Shown here one piece after another: positions 18,483 through 28,311 of a DNA stretch of 64,000 nucleotides. The translations under genes and the position numbers were made by a program. Source of the DNA: Candidatus Latescibacterota bacterium (GTDB lineage Bacteria; Latescibacterota; UBA2968; GCA-2709665); contig OZ252100.1 of assembly GCA_965248435.1 (NCBI GenBank), forward strand, positions 5,184,001 to 5,248,000, read 5' to 3'. The notes beneath the pieces are model-generated. The model ran no database searches, was not told the origin of the DNA, and worked only from the letters and a program-made list of their open reading frames with translations. Each line of letters begins with the position of its first letter. The stretch's first letter is position 1.

Positions 18483-18866
18483 ATGAATATCCGCGGAACC
18501 GACTTTGTCTACTATCAGACCGCTGACATCGACCGGGCGATCGAGTTTTACCGCGACACGCTCGGGCTGGAGCTGCTGGGCCACTTCGAGGAGGTCAAAT
18601 GGGCGGAGTTCTCCGCGGGGAACGCGACCTTCGCCGTCAACGACCCCACGGCCTTCGACCCCAACGCCAAGCCGGCAGCGGGGGGCGCGGCGGTGGCCTT
18701 CGCGGTGGAGGACGTGGAGGCGGCGATCGCCGAGCTCCAGGGGAAAGGGGTCAAAGTCACGATTCCTACGCAGGAGACGCCTGTCTGCCATTTCGCCTGC
18801 ATCACTGACCCGGATGGTAACATGGTCTGGATCCACGAACGCAAGGATGGGACATACGGCGACTGA
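18483..18866 (+). CDS. VOC (glyoxalase/bleomycin resistance) family protein
   Basis: DIDRAIEFYRDTLGL, FAVEDVEAA, DPDGN; AAGGAG RBS. Confidence 0.9.
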   Translation: MNIRGTDFVYYQTADIDRAIEFYRDTLGLELLGHFEEVKWAEFSAGNATFAVNDPTAFDPNAKPAAGGAAVAFAVEDVEAAIAELQGKGVKVTIPTQETPVCHFACITDPDGNMVWIHERKDGTYGD

Positions 18867-19033
18867 TCGGGCTCAATCACTTGGTCCGTGAAAACAAAGG
18901 CTTATATCCTCCAGATATAGGCCTTTTGTTGTGTGGATTCTCCCTTGTGAAAGGATTTGCAGGTGGGAAGATCCTTCTACATTTTCTTGTCTACTTAGGG
19001 GACTGCTTTTCTTGTGTCCAAAAAGGAGGAAGC

Positions 19034-19744
19034 TTGGCCAAGACAACCGTGATATCCGGCGTTGGCGCCGGACTTGGTGCATCTTTAGTCCGGAAATTCG
19101 CGAGAGAGGGTCACCAGGTGGGGATGCTCGCCCGTTCTCCCGGCTATATTCAGAGTCTGGAGGAGGAGCTGAAACGGGAGGGCCTGGCTGGGTTGGCTGT
19201 GCCGACGGATATCACCGACCCCGACCAGGTGAAGCGCGGGTTCGCGAACGTGCGAGAACAGTTCGGTCCTGTCGATATATTGATCAATCACGCCGGCAAC
19301 GCGGCCTGGGGAGATTTTTCAGGACTGACAGCGGAAGGTTTTGAACTATCGTGGCGAGTCTGTGCCCTGGGATCGTTCCTTTGCAGTAAGGAAGCGGTGC
19401 CTGACATGCTCACCAGCGGGGGCGGTGCGATGCTGTTCACGGGCGCGACGTCGTCGATTCGCGGCAGGGGAGGTGCGTCGGCCTTCAGCAGCGCGAAGTT
19501 CGCTGTGCGCGGCCTGGCGGAGGCGCTCGCCCGCGAGCTGTGGCCGAAAGGGATACACGTTGCGCACGTGATTATCGACGGCGTTCTGGATACGCCCTCA
19601 CTGCGGGAAGGGGGCGATGCAGAAGGCCCCCTGCTCGACACGGACGCCGTCGCCCAGGCCTACTGGGACCTGACTCAGCAGGGCAAAGGGGCGTGGACAC
19701 TCGAGATCGATGTGCGTCCCAACGAAGAGGATTTTTTCGTCTAG
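19034..19744 (+). CDS. Short-chain dehydrogenase/reductase
   Basis: GVGAGLG, FTGATSS, FSSAK, HVAHVIIDG; AGGAGG before TTG at 19034. Confidence 0.9.
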   Translation: MAKTTVISGVGAGLGASLVRKFAREGHQVGMLARSPGYIQSLEEELKREGLAGLAVPTDITDPDQVKRGFANVREQFGPVDILINHAGNAAWGDFSGLTAEGFELSWRVCALGSFLCSKEAVPDMLTSGGGAMLFTGATSSIRGRGGASAFSSAKFAVRGLAEALARELWPKGIHVAHVIIDGVLDTPSLREGGDAEGPLLDTDAVAQAYWDLTQQGKGAWTLEIDVRPNEEDFFV

Positions 19745-19768
19745 GGCGATTCAAGACAGGAGGACGAC

Positions 19769-20167
19769 ATGGCAAACGAACTGTTTCGCGACGAGTTCGG
19801 GGCCGTTATTCATCACGTCGAAACAGACGTACTGGAACTCCACTGGCTGGAAGGAACGGCCGGAATGAGCGACGAAGATTTCAGGCGATGGTTGACGCTC
19901 TTCGCAGCGCACGGAGAGCAGGTCAAGCCGACGAACATGCTCATCGACGCGACGAAGTTTCAGTTCGCGGTCGACGGGGCCAGTACCGGTCCGTGGAGAG
20001 ATGAAAACATCATTCCACGTTACAACAGTGCCGGTGTTCAGAAAATGGCCTTTCTTCTGCCGGAGGGGGCGGCGCCGGGCAGTGAGCCAGCACCGGAAGG
20101 ACCCGCGAATTTTCCGACGGCCTATTTCGACACCGCGGCGGACGTCCAAGCCTGGTTTGCATCTTAG
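19769..20167 (+). CDS. Hypothetical protein (STAS/SpoIIAA-like)
   Basis: AGGAGG RBS; C-terminal YFD....A.AW pattern. Confidence 0.65.
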   Translation: MANELFRDEFGAVIHHVETDVLELHWLEGTAGMSDEDFRRWLTLFAAHGEQVKPTNMLIDATKFQFAVDGASTGPWRDENIIPRYNSAGVQKMAFLLPEGAAPGSEPAPEGPANFPTAYFDTAADVQAWFAS

Positions 20168-20180
20168 GGAGGACAGAAAT

Positions 20181-20627
20181 ATGGCGGTCAAGCCGGTCCC
20201 GGACGGATATCGTACGGTGACGCCGTATCTGGTCGTCCGTGGGGTTGCGGATTTGATCGACTTCTTGAAGCAGGCATTCGACGCTGAGGAGACGGAGCGC
20301 ATCACGCGACCTGACGGAGTTGTCGGCCATGCGGAGGTCCGGATCGGCGACTCGATCGTGATGATGGGCGAACCCCCCGGAGAGTTTGAACCCATGCCTG
20401 GAAGGATCTACCTCTATGTTTTCGACGTGGACGAAACCTACCGGCGCGCGCTGAATGCCGGTGCGACTTCAGAGACAGAGCCCGAGGACCGGTTCTACGG
20501 CGACCGCAACGGCGGGGTGAAGGACCCGTTTGGGAACATCTGGTGGATCGCTACCCGGGTAGAGAACCTGTCTTCCGAGGAGATCGCGAGACGAGCAGAG
20601 GAGGCGATGAAAGCGCAGTCGAACTAA
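20181..20627 (+). CDS. VOC family protein (PhnB-like)
   Basis: PDGYRTVTPYL, HAEVRIGDS, FYGDR.GGVKDPFGNIWWIAT. Confidence 0.9.
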   Translation: MAVKPVPDGYRTVTPYLVVRGVADLIDFLKQAFDAEETERITRPDGVVGHAEVRIGDSIVMMGEPPGEFEPMPGRIYLYVFDVDETYRRALNAGATSETEPEDRFYGDRNGGVKDPFGNIWWIATRVENLSSEEIARRAEEAMKAQSN

Positions 20628-20657
20628 GATGGCAAAGCATTCACGGGGATAAACATT

Positions 20658-21197
20658 ATGACCGGATCAACAGAGCACGAGATGGATGTCGCACGTTGGA
20701 CTCCGGACCACCCCAGGTGGTCCGAGCTGCTCCAGGCGTGTGAGGATCTGGATCAAGGTGGGCTGGAACAAAAGCAGAATGATGACCATTTGGGTTTCTA
20801 TACGGTGGTCGCGTATACAGAGGACGAAGTGATCGGGTTCCTGCGGTTCTGGACCCAGCAGATTGGCGTGGACGAAGAAAAGCCGCCGCTTTTCGCGAAC
20901 GGCGCGCAGGTCATCGAGGCCAAGAGTGTCGCCTTCGGCGTTCGCCCGCCGTTTCGACGGCGGGGGATCGTGCGCCGTCTGCAGGAGGCGGCGATCTCCT
21001 GGGCGCGTGAGCTGGGCTGTTACCAGCTCCGGTCCCGGAGCAGTTACTCCTGTGCGGAGAATCACGCCCTCAAGCTGTCGATGGGCTTCTGTATACAGCC
21101 GTTTGTCGGTGAAGAGCGGGATGAAAGTGCGTACTTTGTGCTGCCCCTAAAGATACAGACCGCGGACAGCAGACCACAGACCGCGGCTGTGAGATGA
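20658..21197 (+). CDS. GNAT family N-acetyltransferase
   Basis: VRPPFRRRGI acetyl-CoA motif A; N..LKLSMGF. Confidence 0.8.
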   Translation: MTGSTEHEMDVARWTPDHPRWSELLQACEDLDQGGLEQKQNDDHLGFYTVVAYTEDEVIGFLRFWTQQIGVDEEKPPLFANGAQVIEAKSVAFGVRPPFRRRGIVRRLQEAAISWARELGCYQLRSRSSYSCAENHALKLSMGFCIQPFVGEERDESAYFVLPLKIQTADSRPQTAAVR

Positions 21198-21291
21198 GGA
21201 ATGTTATTCCAGACCACAGACCACGGACCGCAGACCGCCAAGGTCAAGAGGCAATTCATCTCGCGGTCCGCCGTCCGTCGTCCGCCGTCAG
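21156..21291. repeat. Heptamer tandem arrays: 4+4 direct CRGACMR units and 4 inverted units
   Basis: Direct units at 21156-21183 and 21210-21237; inverted units at 21264-21291. Confidence 0.85.
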
Positions 21292-21309
21292 CTTCTAGAG
21301 GAGAACGAT

Positions 21310-22632
21310 ATGCCTAGAGGACGACCGAATGCAAACATTACTGACGTACGACACATCCACGTCTGCGGAACCAAGAACACCTACTGTGGACACCCGAGAC
21401 AGGGCGGCATCTTCAATTTCGGAAACGGCGAGATCGCCCTGATCCACAACCACGGCTCGTCCGAATACAAAGGCCCTGAGGATGTCCACCACGGACACGT
21501 GGGATATCATGGAAGGGCGGTCTCGCTGCTGCAGCGATCGACGGACAATGGGGAGACGTGGCCGGAAGAGAACAACATCGTGGTCTTCGACGAGACGGCA
21601 GACATTGAAACCCGCCGGGAGTTCATCATTCGTGGGTCGGCCGAGCTGAAAGATCGAGCGCAAATCGACCTGACGGCGCCCGACGCGATCGTACATTTCG
21701 GAAACACGTGGGCGGGGCCGCCCGACGAAAAAGGGCATCCCCTGCAGGTACCGTTTGCCCTTCGCTCGGCCGACAAGGGCCATACGTGGGAGTCGACCCC
21801 GACGGTTCTCGTGCCGCCGCCCGGCCGCCAGCATCTCCACCGGGACAACACGCCGTTGATGCAGTTTCCGGACGGGACCTTGATGGGGACAGCGATGATC
21901 TGGCCGCACAGCGCGATCGCCGTCTACGGATCGGACGACAACGGGCTGACGTGGGAGTTCGTGTCCGAGGCCGTCAGCCCGGTTCCGCCTCTGCCGGCCT
22001 CCGGCAAGGCCGCGGTCGGCTATTCCGGACTGGTTCTGCTTCCGAGCGGTCGGTTGCAGTGCTATTCCGTGGAAGTCTCGGACAAGCGCAACGCCATTCT
22101 GATGTGCCATTCCGACGACGGCTACGACTGGAGCTCACCACGGTCGATCGTCGCCTGGGGACGTTCTCCCTGGGCCCCCCGACTCCGGTCCACAGGGGAC
22201 TTTGGGCGCGCGTCCTACACGTTCACCAAGCCGGACGGCTCTACGGGTACGGTCCTTTGGGACGATGGCCGGGCCGACCCCCACCTGGCCTGGATGCGGC
22301 CGGCCAGCACCGCTGATTTCATCTATCCTTCGCAGAAGCTGTATCGTTCCCAATGGCCGATGCTGCTCAGCGACGGACGGATCCTCGTCACGTTCGCCCG
22401 GCGCAAGGCGCCGTTCGGCATCGGGGGGATCGTGAGCCTGGACGGGGGCGAGACCTGGAGCGATGAGTTCATCATCCGGGACGACGCCAGCGGTCCGGAC
22501 ATCGGCTACCAGGTGGCCACCGAGCTGGACGATGGACAGATTTTCACCGCCTACTATTTCATGGTGGATGACGGCAACAACTTTGGCGGCTCCCGCTTCA
22601 TCGGCGGGAGTTTCTTCAGGCTGGAGACGTAA
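21310..22632 (+). CDS. BNR/Asp-box repeat sialidase-family protein
   Basis: STDNGETW, SADKGHTW, SDDNGLTW, SDDGYDW, SLDGGETW; DIGY near the C-terminus. Confidence 0.8.
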   Translation: MPRGRPNANITDVRHIHVCGTKNTYCGHPRQGGIFNFGNGEIALIHNHGSSEYKGPEDVHHGHVGYHGRAVSLLQRSTDNGETWPEENNIVVFDETADIETRREFIIRGSAELKDRAQIDLTAPDAIVHFGNTWAGPPDEKGHPLQVPFALRSADKGHTWESTPTVLVPPPGRQHLHRDNTPLMQFPDGTLMGTAMIWPHSAIAVYGSDDNGLTWEFVSEAVSPVPPLPASGKAAVGYSGLVLLPSGRLQCYSVEVSDKRNAILMCHSDDGYDWSSPRSIVAWGRSPWAPRLRSTGDFGRASYTFTKPDGSTGTVLWDDGRADPHLAWMRPASTADFIYPSQKLYRSQWPMLLSDGRILVTFARRKAPFGIGGIVSLDGGETWSDEFIIRDDASGPDIGYQVATELDDGQIFTAYYFMVDDGNNFGGSRFIGGSFFRLET

Positions 22633-22635
22633 GCC

Positions 22636-23478
22636 TTGACCGAGAAAGTTGACTTGACGGAGCAGGTCGCATTCGTAACGGGCAGCGGACGAGGCATCGG
22701 GCGGGCAGCGGCGCTCGCGCTCGCGGAGGCGGGGGCTCCGGTCGCCGTAATCGCCCGGACCCGGGAACAGGTCCTGGAAACGGCAGCGCTCATCGAGTCC
22801 CGGGGCGGCAGGGCGCTCCCGATTTCCGCGGATGTAACGGACCCTGAGGCCGTTCAGGCCGCGGTGGATCAGACCTGTCAGAACCTCGGTCCGATAGACC
22901 TGCTCGTGAACAACGCCGCGATCGGTACGATTTCCGGTCCAATATGGGAAACCGACCCTGAGGAGTGGTGGGCCTGTCTGGAGGTGAATCTGCGCGGGCC
23001 GTTCCTTTGTGTCAGAGCAGTGGTTCCCCAGATGATATCCAGGGGAAGTGGCCGCGTGGTCAACCTCGCGAGTGGCGCCGGGACGATTCCGATCAAGTAT
23101 TTTTCGGCCTACGGAATCAGCAAGACCGCTCTGTTGAGGCTTACGGAGAACCTGGCCAGAGAAGCGGCCGAGAGTGGGGTGTGCGCGTTCTCCGTCGATC
23201 CAGGTAGCGTAAACACCGCCATGGCGGAGGGAATTTTGCATACCGAGCAGGGAAAACGCTGGCTGCCCTGGTTCTCCGGTATCTTCGAGAGTGGTGAGGA
23301 TTTCCCACCCGAAGCGGCCGCACACCTCATCAAGCTGCTGGCTTCCGGCCAGGCGGACTCTCTTTCCGGCCGGATGATCCGCGTCTCTGACGACCTTGAG
23401 AAGATGATCGCGTCGGCCGACAAGATCGAGCAGGATGCGCTCTACGCGCTGCGGATGCGAAAGCTGGACTCCGAGTAG
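22636..23478 (+). CDS. Short-chain dehydrogenase/reductase
   Basis: TGSGRGIG, NNAA, YGISK. Confidence 0.9.
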   Translation: MTEKVDLTEQVAFVTGSGRGIGRAAALALAEAGAPVAVIARTREQVLETAALIESRGGRALPISADVTDPEAVQAAVDQTCQNLGPIDLLVNNAAIGTISGPIWETDPEEWWACLEVNLRGPFLCVRAVVPQMISRGSGRVVNLASGAGTIPIKYFSAYGISKTALLRLTENLAREAAESGVCAFSVDPGSVNTAMAEGILHTEQGKRWLPWFSGIFESGEDFPPEAAAHLIKLLASGQADSLSGRMIRVSDDLEKMIASADKIEQDALYALRMRKLDSE

Positions 23479-23521
23479 AGGCATGCCCAATCAGACGCGA
23501 ATCACCAAAAGAGGAGGCGTT

Positions 23522-23941
23522 ATGAATGTGCAGCGTTTCATCATCTCAGCGATCGTTGTGTTCGCGTTTGTGTTTTTGTTCGAAATGCTGGTCCACGCCG
23601 TGATCCTCGCGGGCATCTATGAGCAGACTTCGAGCATATGGCGGTCTCATGAAGAGAGCCAGGGATATTTCGCGTATCTCGTGCTGAGTCAGCTTCTGTT
23701 CTCCATCGCGCTTGTTTTCCTCTTTACCCGCAACTACGAGGGCAAGGGGATTGGCGAAGGGGCGCGTTTTGGTTTGTATGTTGGACTCATCCTGGGGGCT
23801 GTGCAGGTCGGGGCCTACTGCTATCTGCCGATCCCATTCGTGCTTATGGTGGGCTGGGTTGTTGCCGGAGTTTTGAAGGGCCTCGGCGGCGGGATCGTTG
23901 CCTCGCTCGTCTACAAAGCCAAAGAGTCGCCAGTCGGATAG
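23522..23941 (+). CDS. Hypothetical 4-TM membrane protein
   Basis: GAGGAGG RBS; four hydrophobic segments; G.RFG motif. Confidence 0.75.
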   Translation: MNVQRFIISAIVVFAFVFLFEMLVHAVILAGIYEQTSSIWRSHEESQGYFAYLVLSQLLFSIALVFLFTRNYEGKGIGEGARFGLYVGLILGAVQVGAYCYLPIPFVLMVGWVVAGVLKGLGGGIVASLVYKAKESPVG

Positions 23942-23957
23942 GAGGGGACGTTTCAAC

Positions 23958-24938
23958 TTGGATGCCAAACAATTACACGCGGATGTGCTGCTTTTCGACG
24001 GATTGGTCGTCTCGAACTGGGGGCCTGCCGTGTTCGAGGACATGCATCGCGGTGGGCTCACGGCCGCGAACTGCACATGCTCCATCTGGGAGAATTTCAG
24101 CGGCTCGATGGACAACATCTCACAATTCAAGCGGTGGTTTGAGGAATACGACGACTTGATGATGCAGGTCTACACCGCGGAGGACATACGGCGCGCGAAA
24201 GCAGCCGGAAAGGTCGGGATTTGCCTCGGCTGGCAGAACACGTGCGGCATCGAGGATAGACTCGAACGTCTCGAGCTGTTCAAAGAACTGGGTGTCGGCA
24301 TCATGCAGGTGACCTACAACACGCAGAACTATGTGGGGTCGGGCTGCTACGAGTCGAACGACGGAGGTCTGTCAGACTTCGGCAAGGAGGTCGTGAGCGA
24401 GATGAATCGCGTCGGGATTCTGTGCGATCTCTCGCACGTCGGTCCGAACACCAGCCGCGACGTGATCCTGCATTCCAAAAAGCCGGTGGCCTACTCGCAC
24501 GTCCTGCCGGCGAACCTCAAGGCCCACCCGCGCAACAAGTCGGACGATCAGCTCAAGTTTATCATCGACCAGGGTGGATTCGTGGGCGTGACGATGTTCG
24601 CCCCCTTCCTCGCACGCGGTGCCGATTCCACGATCGAGGATTTCGTCGAGGCCATCGAGTACGTGATCGATTTGATCGGTGAAGAGCGCGTGGGAATAGG
24701 CACCGACTTCACCCAGGGCCACGGACTCGACTTTTTCGACTGGATCGCCCGGGACAAAGGCACGCGACGAAAAGTCGTCGATGTCGGCGAAGTTTTCACG
24801 CCCAAAGGGCTTGAGACCCTGAGTGACTACCCGAATCTCACGGACGCACTCGTCAAGGCCGGGTGGGACGAGCCGCGCATCCGGAAAGTGCTTGGCGAAA
24901 ACTGGCTGAACCTGTTGAGCGAGGTCTGGGGGAGCTGA
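23958..24938 (+). CDS. Membrane dipeptidase (peptidase M19) family protein
   Basis: QVTYN, GGLSDFG, MNRVGILCDLSH, YSH, HPRNKSD, VGIGTDF, LGENW. Confidence 0.9.
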   Translation: MDAKQLHADVLLFDGLVVSNWGPAVFEDMHRGGLTAANCTCSIWENFSGSMDNISQFKRWFEEYDDLMMQVYTAEDIRRAKAAGKVGICLGWQNTCGIEDRLERLELFKELGVGIMQVTYNTQNYVGSGCYESNDGGLSDFGKEVVSEMNRVGILCDLSHVGPNTSRDVILHSKKPVAYSHVLPANLKAHPRNKSDDQLKFIIDQGGFVGVTMFAPFLARGADSTIEDFVEAIEYVIDLIGEERVGIGTDFTQGHGLDFFDWIARDKGTRRKVVDVGEVFTPKGLETLSDYPNLTDALVKAGWDEPRIRKVLGENWLNLLSEVWGS

Positions 24939-24940
24939 AG

Positions 24941-25120
24941 ATGATCGAAGTGGCGAACGGCGTTGAGATCTGGTGCGGTGAAGGCGGATACGACGTCCAG
25001 CTAACCGAAGACCTGGAAGCGAACATCTTCGCGTTCCTCGACAGGTGTGTGGAGTATGGTGTGACGCGCCTGTTTCCGGCGTTGAAAAGACTTCGATGCA
25101 ACGAGAAGAGGGCCACATGA
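24941..25120 (+). pseudogene. Short ORF, possible truncated N-terminus of a TIM-barrel (GHL10-like) protein
   Basis: GGAG RBS; protein-like to FLDRCVEYGVTRLFP, then ends overlapping the next gene. Confidence 0.35.
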
Positions 25121-25935
25121 ATCGTCTTGCACAGCTCGGGGTCGCCGCGGGCGCTTTCCTTATCGCAGGAATGGGGCCAGCGGTGTGTCGCGGCGCGGAC
25201 CCTGTCGGGAAAGACTGGCGTTCCGAGGAATTTGGAAAGATGGTCGCTCTGGGGGAAAGCACGACCGCAGGAGGATGGAGCACTTCACCCGACCGCTGCT
25301 GGGTTTCCGTTCTGGCGAACCTGATCAACGAGTTCCAGTCGGCCCCGATGGCGTTTGTCAACTCCGGGATCGGGGCGAACGTGGTCTCGACAAAGAGCCC
25401 CGCTTACGAGCGAAGCGGAAAACCCGCGGCGAGCGAGCGTCTCGACAAACACGTGATCGCCCACCAGCCAGACCTCCTGATCATCTCCTACGGCCTCAAC
25501 GACGCAAGGGGGGGCACGCCTCTCGAGCGCTTTCGAGAAGAGCTCGTCGATCTCGTGCGCCGAGTGCGTGAGCGTATTCAGCCGGTCATCGTGCTCCTCG
25601 GTCCATACTACATGACAGATTTCACGCAGGGAGGACCGCGGTGGAGTCACGCAGACCTTTCACTGTTCAAGCGTTTCAACGAGGTCATCCGTCAAGTCGC
25701 TTCCACGGAGAGCTGCCTCTACGTAGACCTGCTCGCCGCGAGCGGTGAAACGGATTGGATGGTCCACTATGACGGCGTGCATCAGAACGACCTCGGCCAC
25801 CGGATCGTCGCGAATCGCATTTTCGAAGTCCTGGCCCAGAACTGCTCTGGACTGGCGAAGAAGACCAGGGAAGCCGAGAAGACGAGTCCAAGGTGGAGGG
25901 ACGAATCGACGCTGAAGGGAGAGTTCGGATTCTGA
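25117..25935 (+). CDS. SGNH/GDSL hydrolase with signal peptide
   Basis: Block I ALGEST, block II NSGIG, block III YGLND, block V DGVH. Confidence 0.85.
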   Translation: MNRLAQLGVAAGAFLIAGMGPAVCRGADPVGKDWRSEEFGKMVALGESTTAGGWSTSPDRCWVSVLANLINEFQSAPMAFVNSGIGANVVSTKSPAYERSGKPAASERLDKHVIAHQPDLLIISYGLNDARGGTPLERFREELVDLVRRVRERIQPVIVLLGPYYMTDFTQGGPRWSHADLSLFKRFNEVIRQVASTESCLYVDLLAASGETDWMVHYDGVHQNDLGHRIVANRIFEVLAQNCSGLAKKTREAEKTSPRWRDESTLKGEFGF

Positions 25936-26030
25936 GGCAGTTGCACGAGTGAGGGTTGAATCCGAGCTCGTGATCTTGCAGCGTAACTATTTTACAGGGG
26001 ATTAAAACTCATCCCGCCAGTCCACAATCA

Positions 26031-26064
26031 AAGGAGGCCGCACCTGAAAAGGTGCGGCCTCCTT
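26031..26064. terminator. Bidirectional terminator hairpin between convergent genes
   Basis: Perfect 15-bp stem AAGGAGGCCGCACCT-GAAA-AGGTGCGGCCTCCTT. Confidence 0.8.
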
Positions 26065-26090
26065 ATTGGATGGTGACCCGAATCGGAATG

Positions 26091-26453
26091 TTAGTTTTCG
26101 AACACCTTATGGATGTGCTCCCGAAGCGTCGACAGGTCGAACGGTTTCTTGAGGACCGCGACCGGATTCAGTTTCTCCAACCCCGCCTGGAACTCTTTCG
26201 AGTGCAGGTAGCCGGATATGATGATGACCGGGATCTCTCTGGGGAGGTCTTTGATCATCTCCAGTCCGTCGCTTATCGGCATGTTCAGGTCGGTGATGAT
26301 CAGATCGACGTGCTGATCACTCAGCATCACCTCCAACACTCCGTCGAGACCATCGGCCCCTTCCAGGATGTTGTAGTCCTCAGACAGGGTGTCCTTCAGC
26401 ACCCCCCGCAACTCTTCCTCGTCATCTACGATCAGAATCACGTTTTTCATCAT
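26091..26453 (-). CDS. Single-domain response regulator (CheY-like)
   Basis: ILIVDDE, IITDLNMP..DG, IISG, KKPF. Confidence 0.9.
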   Translation of the reverse strand: MMKNVILIVDDEEELRGVLKDTLSEDYNILEGADGLDGVLEVMLSDQHVDLIITDLNMPISDGLEMIKDLPREIPVIIISGYLHSKEFQAGLEKLNPVAVLKKPFDLSTLREHIHKVFEN

Positions 26454-26494
26454 TCCGCCTATCTGTTAAATCGGATTACAGGAGAGGACCATCA

Positions 26495-28129
26495 TTAGAA
26501 TTTGGAAATGGCAACTTCCTTCGAGGTGATGAACTCCAGAAGGGCCGGTGTACCCCCTTCTGTCTTTTGGATGCCGCGTTTGATCGCCGGGACGATCTCG
26601 CCGGGGGATTCCACTCGCTCGCCATAGCCCCCGAACGCCTTCGCCATGTCGGCGTAGTTCCCGGATATGTCCGTGCTCCGGTATTTTTCCGTGGAGACGG
26701 GCATCACGCCCAACTCGATCGCCATGGAAAAGTTATTCAAGAGGATCGAAAGGATGGGGATGCGTTCTCGAACCGCCGTTTCGAAGTCCATGCCGGTAAA
26801 TCCGATGGCCGCGTCTCCCCAGATGTTGACGCAGAGCTTTTCCGGTCTGGCGAGCTTCGCCCCCATGGCCAGGCCGAGCCCGTACCCGAGCTGCGTGCTC
26901 TTGCCCCACCCGATGTAGGAAAGCGGCGTCGTCGATTCCCAAAACGGCGACGTCTGGTCCCGAGGACTTCCGGCATCGTGCGTGACGATCGAGTTCTCAA
27001 CATCCACGGTATGCATCAGGTCCCAGATCACACGATAGGGCGTGAGAGGCGTTTCCTGAGACGTGAGCTTCGGCATCCACTGGGCCTGCCATGCTTGCTT
27101 GATTGTTCTAATCTCCTTCGCAACCTTGTCCGCTCTACCCCGAGGCCTGCCGCCGAGTCGTTCAGAGATTTCAGCGTTGAGCGCCTCCAGCGTCAATCCT
27201 GCGTCTCCGACGAGTGCCTGGTCGACGACGGCGTTCCTGTTGATGTCGGCCGGATCGAGGGTCGAGTGGATGATCGTCTTCCCCTCAGGGATCTGGATGC
27301 CGAAATGGGTCTCCGCAAAGCTGCAGCCGATTCCGAAAATGACGTCGGCGTTCTGGACGAACTCATGAACGGTCCCGGGAATCGCCGCCCCGGCGGAGCC
27401 GAGTGCCAGGGGATGGGTTTCAGGGAAGGCGCTCTTGCCGTTCAGCGTGGTGACAACAGGCGCCTCCAGAGTCTCAGCCAGTGTTCTGAGGCTGTCCCAG
27501 GCCTCGGCGTAGTGGACGCCCTGGCCGGCGTGGATCACCGGTCGCTCCGCTTCAAGCAAGGTTTCGGCCGCTTTTTGCACATCGCCCGGATCCGGCGCAG
27601 ACCGATAGACGGCAACGGGACGGTAATTCAGGTCGTCGGGGATGTCGGCATCCATCACATCTGTTGGAATCTCAACGAGCGTCGGTCCGGGTCGTCCATT
27701 CCTGGCTAGGCTGAACGCCCGTCGCAAGGCGTCGGACGTCGCACTCGGGTCCGTGAGCAGCTCGCAGGATTTCGTGATGTTCCGGAAATTCAACGAAGAG
27801 GTGAAATGGGGTGGGACGCTGGTAAGCGCGCGCGGTTGGCCCATGGGCAAGACGACAACGGGCACGGAATCGGCAAAGGCCTGGGCGACCCCTCCAAACA
27901 CGTTTTCCGAGCCGGGGCCGTGCTGCATACAGAAGACACCAATCTTCTTGCCTGAGTTCAACCTGCTCAGGGCGTCGGCCATGTGCATACCGATGCGTTC
28001 CTGGCGCACGATGATCGGTCGGATGTCTACTTTGGCTGCTGCCTCGATCAGGTGATTAACGGGATATGCGAAGAGGTACTCTACGCCCTCGGCTTTCAGG
28101 ATGTGAGCGACGGCATCGGCGACCTTCAA
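26495..28129 (-). CDS. Thiamine pyrophosphate-dependent enzyme (acetolactate synthase-like)
   Basis: RQE, GPG, GRPGP, GDAA...NN TPP motif; AGGAGG RBS before TTG. Confidence 0.9.
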   Translation of the reverse strand: MKVADAVAHILKAEGVEYLFAYPVNHLIEAAAKVDIRPIIVRQERIGMHMADALSRLNSGKKIGVFCMQHGPGSENVFGGVAQAFADSVPVVVLPMGQPRALTSVPPHFTSSLNFRNITKSCELLTDPSATSDALRRAFSLARNGRPGPTLVEIPTDVMDADIPDDLNYRPVAVYRSAPDPGDVQKAAETLLEAERPVIHAGQGVHYAEAWDSLRTLAETLEAPVVTTLNGKSAFPETHPLALGSAGAAIPGTVHEFVQNADVIFGIGCSFAETHFGIQIPEGKTIIHSTLDPADINRNAVVDQALVGDAGLTLEALNAEISERLGGRPRGRADKVAKEIRTIKQAWQAQWMPKLTSQETPLTPYRVIWDLMHTVDVENSIVTHDAGSPRDQTSPFWESTTPLSYIGWGKSTQLGYGLGLAMGAKLARPEKLCVNIWGDAAIGFTGMDFETAVRERIPILSILLNNFSMAIELGVMPVSTEKYRSTDISGNYADMAKAFGGYGERVESPGEIVPAIKRGIQKTEGGTPALLEFITSKEVAISKF

Positions 28130-28233
28130 AGAACCTCCTGCAAGTGTGGGTAGAATGTTTCGTTAATTCGGGGATCATTTCTTTACAGCTGACCCGACCC
28201 CGACGCGCTTTCAGTCGGTGTGGGCTATAGAAC

Positions 28234-28246
28234 TATCAGTATGTTA
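28234..28246 (+). promoter_or_regulatory. IHF-binding site candidate
   Basis: TATCAG-TATG-TTA matches WATCAR-N4-TTR, about 40 bp upstream of a sigma54 motif. Confidence 0.5.
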
Positions 28247-28285
28247 TTTCAGTACATATGTACGATTTTACATTTGGGGCAATTC

Positions 28286-28301
28286 TGGCATATCGATTGC
28301 A
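28286..28301 (+). promoter_or_regulatory. Sigma54 (-24/-12) promoter
   Basis: TGGCAT-ATCGA-TTGCA with exact GG-N10-GC spacing. Confidence 0.75.
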
Positions 28302-28311
28302 TTCAAAGAAT

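Noticed and set aside
25245-25270. GES instead of GDS in the SGNH hydrolase as a sign of inactivation
   Set aside because: The catalytic Ser and blocks II, III and V are intact; this is a conservative change.
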